Shown piece after piece: positions 27,353-36,100 of a stretch of DNA of 64,000 nucleotides. Source of the stretch: Bacillota bacterium. GTDB taxonomy: Bacteria; Bacillota; Clostridia; Christensenellales; UBA1242. The translations under genes and the position numbers were made by a program. How positions within the stretch are numbered: the first letter of the stretch is position 1; every line of letters starts with the position of its first letter. Location: contig WRBV01000001.1 in NCBI GenBank assembly GCA_009784375.1, positions 97,445 through 161,444 of the forward strand, in the 5' to 3' direction. Under the pieces are notes generated by a model. It was not told the DNA's origin. It was given only the letters and a program-made list of their open reading frames with translations, and did no database searches.

Positions 27353-27363
27353 AGGCGTTAGCC

Positions 27364-27450
27364 TGGTGCGACTTCCCGGACTTGAACCGGGACGGGGTTG
27401 CCCCCGAGGGATTTTAAATCCCTTGCGTCTGCCTATTCCGCCAAAGTCGC
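27364..27450 (-). tRNA. tRNA-Leu, anticodon UAA, class II long variable arm, CCA encoded
   Basis: GCGACUU acceptor stem; anticodon arm AGGGA-UUUAAAA-UCCCU; variable arm CGGGGGCAACCCCGU; T arm CCCGG-UUCAAGU-CCGGG; 3' end AAGUCGC-A-CCA. Confidence 0.93.
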
Positions 27451-27513
27451 ACGTGACAACATTATATCACGTCAAAAAGAATGTAGCAATATGATTTTGC
27501 CCAAACTACTGTT

Positions 27514-28203
27514 GTGGATGGCATTGTAAAGATTTTGGTGTTCTCGGCGTCTGCCGCCGTTTATCTTTTTGTAATGTCAAAGTTTCTTGGAAAAAAGCAA
27601 CTTGCACAATTGGACGTTATTGATTATATGCTTGGCATAGCGGTAAGTTCGATTGCCGCCGAATGGGCGATTGATTCAGGCAATGCACCATTTTATCATT
27701 ATTTAATTGCGATGACGTTTTTCTTTGTGATAAATCTTGCGATTATATTCTTTGAAAGAAAGGGAAGGAGAATAAAAAAACTTCTCAAAGGTGTTCCGTT
27801 AATGGTTATATACGAAGGCAAAATTAATTACAAATCTTTGAAGAAAAGTAAACTTGATATCAATGATTTAATGGCAAAGGCACGTGACAAAGGATATTTT
27901 GATTTAAGTAAAATCGAGTACGCAGTATTCGAAAACAGCGGGTCATTATCAATTATGCCAAAAACCGAACACAAATCTTTGGTTGCTCAGGATGTGGAAA
28001 TTGCTGACCCAAAACCATCCAAGTTGCCATATTATTTAATAGATGACGGACACATAATTTATTCAAGCCTTCGAACACTTGAACGTGATGAAAAATGGTT
28101 GTATGACCGTCTTGGAATTCATTCAAAGAAAGAACTCAGGAACATTATCCTTGCAATATATGACAAAGATAACGACAATATTGAAATAAGTACAAAGAAA
28201 TGA
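27514..28203 (+). CDS. DUF421/YetF-family membrane protein
   Basis: GTG start. FLGKKQLAQLDVIDYMLGIAVSSIAAEWAI matches the (R)xxGKRxxxQLxxFDxVxxxxxGSIAA signature of YetF/YdfS-type proteins. Confidence 0.65.
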   Translation: MDGIVKILVFSASAAVYLFVMSKFLGKKQLAQLDVIDYMLGIAVSSIAAEWAIDSGNAPFYHYLIAMTFFFVINLAIIFFERKGRRIKKLLKGVPLMVIYEGKINYKSLKKSKLDINDLMAKARDKGYFDLSKIEYAVFENSGSLSIMPKTEHKSLVAQDVEIADPKPSKLPYYLIDDGHIIYSSLRTLERDEKWLYDRLGIHSKKELRNIILAIYDKDNDNIEISTKK

Positions 28204-29465
28204 TTACGTGTTTAAATGCAAAGCGTTATAATGGGTTTGTGCAAACATATGAAAAGAAGTTAGAAAAACGCAATCTAATAGCAATGTTGGGATTCAACGG
28301 CACGTTTATGTTGCTTTGGGTTTTTGTGAGTATTTTTTTGGTTGCCCAAGTTTTCTTTGTAACAAATTATGATCTTGCTGCCGTTGCATTATTTGTTCTT
28401 ATAGAAGTAATTGCTATTTTCATATTTTATTGGATAGCATCATGGGCAAGTAAAAAAATCAAAGCAATATGGATGGTTCGTGCTGCGACTGTGCTTATTT
28501 GTGTCTTTTTGGTTTTAGTAATTGTTTGGCAAGATGGACTGCAAAGTCATTACATGGTCTTTGGACTTATGTGGGGTGCCGTTCAAGGTTTATATTGGGG
28601 TGCAACGAACTTTCTGATATCAAAGGTTTTTAATAAAGAAAAGGTAATGACATTCTTTATTATTTGTTTTGTTATGAACTCGGTTGTGACGATTGTTTTC
28701 CCGTTCACATTTGGCTTTGCGATAGACTTTGGAAGTTGGGCTCTTACAAGTGGTGCTGTGCTTGGGGTAGGCATACTTCAACTGGTATTTACTTTTATTT
28801 TAAAGACTGGGATGCAAGAAGATAGACAGCTACAGATAAAAGAATATTTTCGGACACTTAAAAAATCGGGCAAATTGAAATCTGCATTCGGTTTATGGTT
28901 CGTGGTATTTTTCGCAGGCTTTCCGTATACGTTGACCGCCATGATGACTATTCTTATAATTATGGCGTACGGTACAAATGTAAGCATAGGCATAATTGGT
29001 TCGATCTTTGCCGTATTCGGTATAGTTGCTTTATTACTATATAGGATGAGCAAAGACAAAATAAAAAGCCCAATGTTTTGGGTTTCAAGTATTTTGCCGC
29101 TTGTCGCGTCAATAGGTTTGTTCTTTTATGTGGGACCACTTACCGTTATTATTTTTAACGCCGCTTTGGTCTTGCCACAAAATATTGTAAATGTAGAGGA
29201 AAACAATGCAAGGATAAATGCTTTCCGTCACATAGGCGGAGAACAATTTATGATAGAAAGCCATCTTTTTTATGAATCGGCATTTTTATTCGGAAGAGTA
29301 TTGTCATGTTGCCTTTTATTAATTGTAGCAGCAACAGGCACCACTCAAACCGCACTAGCGATCGGAATGGCTATTATCCTTTTAGTATATGTGATACATG
29401 CGGCGACCTTGTTTATTTGGAGACGAAGCAATGTTCAACTAATAAATCAAGAGACCCAGAAGTGA
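28200..29465 (+). CDS. Polytopic membrane protein, MFS-transporter-like
   Basis: ATGA overlap with the upstream gene. About 12 hydrophobic segments with a central basic loop. The family call is by topology only. Confidence 0.5.
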   Translation: MITCLNAKRYNGFVQTYEKKLEKRNLIAMLGFNGTFMLLWVFVSIFLVAQVFFVTNYDLAAVALFVLIEVIAIFIFYWIASWASKKIKAIWMVRAATVLICVFLVLVIVWQDGLQSHYMVFGLMWGAVQGLYWGATNFLISKVFNKEKVMTFFIICFVMNSVVTIVFPFTFGFAIDFGSWALTSGAVLGVGILQLVFTFILKTGMQEDRQLQIKEYFRTLKKSGKLKSAFGLWFVVFFAGFPYTLTAMMTILIIMAYGTNVSIGIIGSIFAVFGIVALLLYRMSKDKIKSPMFWVSSILPLVASIGLFFYVGPLTVIIFNAALVLPQNIVNVEENNARINAFRHIGGEQFMIESHLFYESAFLFGRVLSCCLLLIVAATGTTQTALAIGMAIILLVYVIHAATLFIWRRSNVQLINQETQK

Positions 29466-29473
29466 GTAAATAC

Positions 29474-29507
29474 TTGTTCACATATAAACCAAATGATATA
29501 TTGAGAC
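29474..29507 (+). promoter_or_regulatory. Promoter-like TTGTTC-17-TGaTATATT, 5 nt before a small ORF
   Basis: -35 at 29474-29479, TG at 29494-29495, -10 at 29497-29502, ATG at 29508. Confidence 0.4.
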
Positions 29508-29561
29508 ATGGGATATCTTATTCTTCTGGGCGGTCTTGTTATAATTACAGCCTCTATTTAA
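29508..29561 (+). CDS. Candidate leaderless 17-aa hydrophobic peptide MGYLILLGGLVIITASI
   Basis: It was found only because it has the same -10/ATG spacing as the annotated leaderless genes. It lies in an otherwise unassigned 166-nt gap between convergent genes. Confidence 0.3.
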   Translation: MGYLILLGGLVIITASI

Positions 29562-29631
29562 AACCCTATGACAAAAAAACAAGCATTGCGCGTGTAGCAA
29601 TGATGCTCGAGACTTATAAGCATTGAATAGT

Positions 29632-30168
29632 TTAATCTTCTAAAATTACAAACCATTTACCGCGACATGCTATCTTGAATTCGCCTGCTCTTTGATAGCG
29701 TCGTTTTTCATTTAAAGTAAAAGTCTGTTGTGTTATACGGTTATGATGCTTGCCTTTTTCGTCTGTATACTTAACAAAAAATGGACTTTTGTATTCTCTG
29801 CCGCTTGAAACTGCGTGATGTCCACTATGGCTGCCACCACCTCTTATAAGGTTACCACTAAATTCTGCTGTGGTTCTGTGACCATTTTTGCGAAGATTCT
29901 CAAGAAGGGCATAGATTTGTTTATGTCGTATTGGTATCCATATTGTCAGAAATATTGCTGTTAATAAAGAAGGAATAAATACAGCAAGTGGGATAGTGAT
30001 AGACATATCATAAGCGCTGTAATTTGGGTCGTTTGCTGTTAATACAACTATTAAAAAAACAAGCCCTGCCACAGATGCGATAAACAAAACAAAGGACAAA
30101 AGTCTTAAAAAATTTAAAAAGTCTCTACCCACATTTCCTCCAAAGAGCAGACATATCAATGTTGACAT
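29632..30168 (-). CDS. Membrane protein with a C-terminal DUF3592-like beta domain
   Basis: Three TM segments, then ...TTAEFSGNLIRGGG...FFVKYTDEKGKHHNRITQQ...AGEFKIACRGKWFVI. The start is taken at MSTLICLL (ATG 30168); the longer form would overlap the giant gene. Confidence 0.4.
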   Translation of the reverse strand: MSTLICLLFGGNVGRDFLNFLRLLSFVLFIASVAGLVFLIVVLTANDPNYSAYDMSITIPLAVFIPSLLTAIFLTIWIPIRHKQIYALLENLRKNGHRTTAEFSGNLIRGGGSHSGHHAVSSGREYKSPFFVKYTDEKGKHHNRITQQTFTLNEKRRYQRAGEFKIACRGKWFVILED

Positions 30169-30197
30169 ACCCGATTGATATATAGTATTATATATGT
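30162..30197 (+). promoter_or_regulatory. Promoter TTGACA-18-TATTAT, 6 nt before the ATG of the giant gene (leaderless layout)
   Basis: -35 at 30162-30167 (overlapping the start codon of the divergent gene), -10 at 30186-30191, ATG at 30198. There is no SD. Confidence 0.55.
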
Positions 30198-33100
30198 ATG
30201 GAAAATAAAAAGTCAAATTCTAAAAAACAATGGAGCTTTAGACAAGCATCGGTGGCGATATCACTGATGCTTGTTTTGGTTTGTAGCGCAGTATTGATTC
30301 CAATATTCACATTACGTGCCAACACACCAGGAGGCAAAGATGACGACCCAGTAATCCAGCCAGCGTTAGACCAGCAGACATCTGAATCAACCCAGATGCT
30401 GCGTGATATGCCGATGGATCTTTATTTTGATATCACATCTATCGCTATCATCACAAATGAAAATATTAGAGATTTCGTGCGTGTTGTAGATATAAGAGAG
30501 TCTGCAATAGATGTAAGTATTGAACAACGTAATGGTTATTTCAGAGTAAATCCTCCAACAGAATTATATTTACCAGGCGAAACCTATTTTATTGAATTGC
30601 AAAATGCACGATTCAGAGATGAAAGATTGCGTAATCAAAATGCCGTCAAGTTTACAATTTCTGGTGAAGAAAGAAAAGATATCATTTTCAATGATAAAGT
30701 ATTAGAAGTTAATGAACAATATGTACAATCATTTGATGAAGAAACAGGCATATTGGTGATTATAGAAAATGGTATCACTTATAACGTAGGTGATATTATT
30801 ATGGTGCCTACTTATTTTGGTGGGATATATGTAGATACGGCTTTGAGGATTTTAGAAGTAATCACTCATCCAAATGGCGATGTTATATTAAGAACCGAAA
30901 CGCCATATATGGACGAAGTTTTTGACGAGCTTGAAATTTATGGCTCTTTTGAATCACGGTCTGAAGACATTCATTTTTTCTCGGAGGAAGAAATAAAACA
31001 AAGCCTCTTGGAACATGAATCCATTCAGGCCATTTCTTTTGCAGTTGCGCAAATGAGTAATGAGCAAATTTCTCCGATTAATTCAAGCAGACCAAGAGGA
31101 ATGCCAAGCTCTGTGAGTCTCAGCATTAGTGGTGTTAGATTTGTACCGTTCCAAGCGCGAGGAAGCCTGCGCGTTGGTTGGAGATTTCCAATCGGACGAA
31201 CAAATGATTTTGGAGCTTCCAATTATAACATGCATGTTGCGGTAACGCTTTCATTCAGTATCCAAGTCGAAAACTATATAAATGTATCAGCAGACAGCGA
31301 CAGGTACAGCAGCGGAACAATCACAACAACTACTGTTAGTGTTTCTGTGGACGCATATTTCACAGGTGCTCTTGGTCAGGCATTGCTAGACAGCTCTGCA
31401 AGAGCACGAAGAATGATGGATAGGGCATATGCATTCGCAGCCCCTAATAATATGATGAGTCCTGATAACTTGGCGGAAATTCGTAATACTCGCGATGAGC
31501 TGCAAAGTTTTGATGATTTAAGAGATTGGCATAATGACAGAATGGAAGTTCATGAAGGGAATGTACAAAATCAATTACGTGTACTTGATGCACTTGCCGA
31601 TGAGTACAGAAATCAACAACAGGGAATAGGCGCAGGGATTGTTCCACTCTTTATACTGCCGATACCAGTTTTTGCTGGTGTGACTTTTATGATTACTGCT
31701 GGATTGGTATTTGATATTGACCTGCAAGCGGGGTTCAAAGCCGAATATACTTTCACCCAGGTCGAAACAAATGGGCAAATCACAACGGAGCATGGAACGA
31801 TTGATTACCAAAATACGACTACAACACATTCTGTTTCATTGATGCTTTATGGTCGTCTTGAAATACGCATTGGTGCTGGAATAGAACTTAGATTGACTAT
31901 TGCCAAGATATTCTATGTTTCTGTAACTGCTACAGGTGGAGGATATTTAAATTTCCATGGTGCCATTGCGGCTCATTGGGGTAACGGTGATTCAAATTTC
32001 TTTGAAGGAAACCAAAATGCACTATTTGGAGTTTGTTCCGAGAGAGGACAGTTATCCAGACATTGGGCAGGTACAGGCAGTTTCGAGGCAGGTGGTTTCT
32101 TTTCCGCAACTATAACAGTAGGTGTAAGGTTCAGAATACTATTCGTCAGAATTGATATATCACACACAATTCCAATTTTTGAAAGACGTTGGCCAATTAC
32201 TTTTAATGGTGAAGACCCATATGTTATCCAAGACCTGGTAACAAGAAACAATCCTGTGGGGAATACAACACTTGAATTCGGAAGGTCATATGTTATGACA
32301 TATGAAGAAAAAGATACTGCAAAACACAACACAGTACAATTTAACGAAGATAATGGATATTCGCACCAAATTCCATATTTATATATCAGAAGTATAGACA
32401 AGGGTAACAGAACAGTAACGTATGAACGAGTCCAACCAAGCCGTACTCGGATAGAAACAAATGATTATGTTGGCATGACTGATGGTGGATTACTTTATCC
32501 TAAAAATTTAAGACAATTCTCTATTGATGAACTTTTGGTGGTTTATGTCGTGGATACTAATGGAAGAAGAACCCAATTCTCGAACCTGCTACGTGTCCAA
32601 CGTGAACCAATTCCTGTTGAAACTATAAACCTGCATGTATCGAGCGGAACCAACGAAATTCGTGTAGGTCAAACTCGCCATCTGGTAACACAGATATTCC
32701 CACTTAATGCTTCGTTTCCAAATGCAAATTTTGAAGTTGAAAGTGTCATAACAGGAGGTCGCGTTGTAAGAGGTGCGGCAACTATGAACTATGTCAGATT
32801 GCATGGAAGTGGGACTCTTGCTGAAGTAACAGCTCTAAACAACCTTAATCCAGGAGATACAATAAATATTGTCGCTACAACCGAGTTTGATGGAGTGCGA
32901 AGTAATACATTCACGTTTGATGTCGTGCGAACTCCAGTTGATCAAGTTCATCTTGTAACACAAAACAATGTAACAAGTGCAACTCTTGGTCAGGTTCTGC
33001 CGTTCGATGTCATAACAGACCCTAACGGTTCGACGTTTGCTATAACTGGAACTCATGCTCAAGTAACGATACTTGATGAGTCTCTGGGAAGAATTGAAAG

Positions 33101-36100
33101 AATTTCTGGTAACAGGTTCACATTAACGATTACAAATGATGCTAATATGCTCGGGCGACAGATTGGAATAAAAATAATTGTTAATGATAACGGCAATATC
33201 ATCGAAAGGATTTTCCATCTGCATATAAGAGAAATACACCTTGCAGGCTTGACAATTAATAATGCAGACACAGGCGAAGAATTAGGAGCCAATACCCAAG
33301 TCAATCAAGGAGAAACACTAAGACTTGTCCCAATCCTTGACCCAATTGATGCAACATTACAGACAAGAATTAACTTCCTAACAAATGTAACAAACGAGTT
33401 TGTTTATATAACACAAAGCGGCGAGCTTAGAATCAGACCAAATGCACCAGTCGGTTTTACATTCACAGTAACTGCATTATATGGTCATATAGCAAGCAAG
33501 AACTATACATTCACAGTCATAGCTATCCCAGTTGAATATGTAACGATATCATCACCAGTTGCCGAGGCTGCGCCTGGAGATATGTTTGCTCTTTCATCAG
33601 ACGTATTACCAGCTTCTGCAACATTTAGACAAGTTCAATTCGAAGTAATACAAGGTTCGGAATGGGCATACATTCATCACGGCAATTTCCTTGTAATAAG
33701 AAACGATGCTCCACTTGGTGCGTTGATTACCGTTCGTGGAGTTGCTGATGGAGTGGAATCTAACATCATTACTGTGACGATACCTTTAAGAGGAATAACA
33801 ATAGGCAGTACACGTAATTCTCTAAGTACTGGCGAATCAATGCGAATTGATTATCAATTCAATCCATCACCAAACACGATAAGTCCGATAGAATTCTTTA
33901 TATACTCAGGCAACCAGTTTGCGATAATAACACGTGAAGGAATCTTAACAATTAAAAATTGTGTGGATATCCGCAACGCTCAAATTGTAATAAGGGCAAG
34001 AAACCAAAGTGTTTATAGTAACCGTGTAACTATCAACATCAATGTTCCTGTAAGTAATGTCACTTTGTCATCTGAATCAGAAAATGGAAGAACACGTGTA
34101 GGAAATTCGGTTGCCCTTTTCGTGGATATTTATCCAAGGTTCGCAACTAATCAGGAAGTTATATTTGAAGTAGTTGAAAACCCAGAATACGCATTTGTAT
34201 TTAACGGCAGATTGGTTGTAGAAAATCGTAACGTAACTATTGGTGCACGAGTAGGTATTATAGCTGTTGTTGATGGTGTGCCGAGCCAAATTTATAGAAT
34301 TGAATTATTACCCGTACCGGTTATCTTTGTCGAATTAGTAACAGGAGACCTTTATCTTGAGTATGGTTCATCATACAAGTTAATAGCAAATGCACGACCA
34401 GACAACGCAACCTTTAGAGACGTAAGGTTTGAAATTATAGAAGGCGAAGAATTTGGCTGGATAGATGGCAACTATGTTCGAATTTTCGCAAATGCACCTG
34501 TTGGCAGCATCATTCGAATTATAGCAGTCGCTGACGGTATAGAAAGTGAAGATTATATAACAGTCACAGTTACCCGCGTCTTTGTGACAAGTGTTGAAAT
34601 TGAAACGACCAATAACTTGCAACGTGTAACTCCAGGATCAACTTTGCAATTTACAACTCGTATCGAGCCAATTAATGCTTCGTTTCAAAGCCTGGTATTT
34701 ACTTTGGTTGCTGGAATCGATTCTGCAACTATTACTTCAAATGGATGGTTGACAATAAGACCAACAAATTATTTCAGGCATGGAATGACAATGATAACAG
34801 TACAAGTTTCTGTTGATGGTCGTACAAGTTCAATAAGCTTCTATGTATATATTCCTATTGATAACATTGTTTTAAATCCACCAGTTGACTTACCAGAAAG
34901 ACCAAGTATAGATATGGAAACTACATTCGAAATAAGACCAGGATTCACAATTGATCTGGATGAGACAATAAATCCTTACTTTAATACTTTTGAGGAACTT
35001 GGAGGATTTGTAACATTCTACATTATCGAAGGTATGGAATTTGCTACCATTGATGGAAACAGATTAACCATAAATAAAAATATCCAAACGTCAGATGCAT
35101 TTATACGTGTAAGAGCCTATACTCAAGGAGTATGGAGTAATATAATAAGATTAAATATTTATGTACCAGTTCAAAGTGTGGTGATATTACCAAATACAAT
35201 AAACCAGTTAATGCTTGGTGAATATATATACATTTTTGCACAAGTAAATCCAGACTACGCAACAAGCAAAACAATGGAGTTCATGTTTGTTGGTGCAGAT
35301 GGAGGAGAGCTTGGATATTCACCATTATCTGGACTGACAATTAACCAAGGCACAGGTCGTATCCAAGTAACAAACAATAGAGCAATTGTTAACCAAGTCT
35401 TTCATATCCGAGCATTCGCAGGAGGAGTCGGAAGTGATAAATTCACGATAAAACTTATACCAAGACCAGTAACTAATATATATCCAACCCATATTGGCAA
35501 TTCAACCGTAAACCCAGGTACAACCGAACACACATTTAGTGCATGGGTCAACGAGGATGCAACTTTTAGACAATTGCATTTCAGAATACTAGACAACAAT
35601 AATGCAACAAGAAGAACTTCATGGGGCACGGATGAATATACTCGTCATTATTTCGTGTTTGATGTTCTAAGAACGGCTGACCCTTATGGCAGAATTCGTA
35701 TTGAAATTACAGCATTTGATTTTCCACCAAGAATTGTCGAGTTTATAATTAAGCCAATTTATGCAACTGCGATCCAAGATGTGACAATCGTGCGTAACGG
35801 TACCACTCCGATTGATACAAGGACCGAGTTTCCGTACGCTCTGGGTAATATGGCGATGGCTCGCCCAGGAGAAACGTTGAGTGTAAGTGCAATAAATACG
35901 GATACAACGAACTCAACATTCGGATATTTTTGGACAGATAACTACAGGTTGTCTGTACTGCCAAATGATTTCACTAACTCTGCTGTCGTTAATGGTAATA
36001 TTCAAATACGACCTTTGTCACAATTCCACCACTTGATGAGTCCAAGTAACAACAGCTTTGTTATAAGAGTTGAACTCTTCCAAGGAAGAGAAATTACCCT

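Noticed and set aside
27285-27494. 69-aa ORF overlapping tRNA-Leu, and the 38581-38778 / 38627-38878 ORFs overlapping tRNA-Cys and its fragments
   Set aside because: They read straight through well-folded tRNA genes and repeat fragments, and have no SD and no leaderless promoter layout.
29306-29626. 106-aa ORF overlapping the 3' end of the MFS-like gene
   Set aside because: Most of it is out of frame within a convincing membrane-protein ORF, and it has an odd composition. Only the non-coding tail (29466-29631) was kept for inspection.
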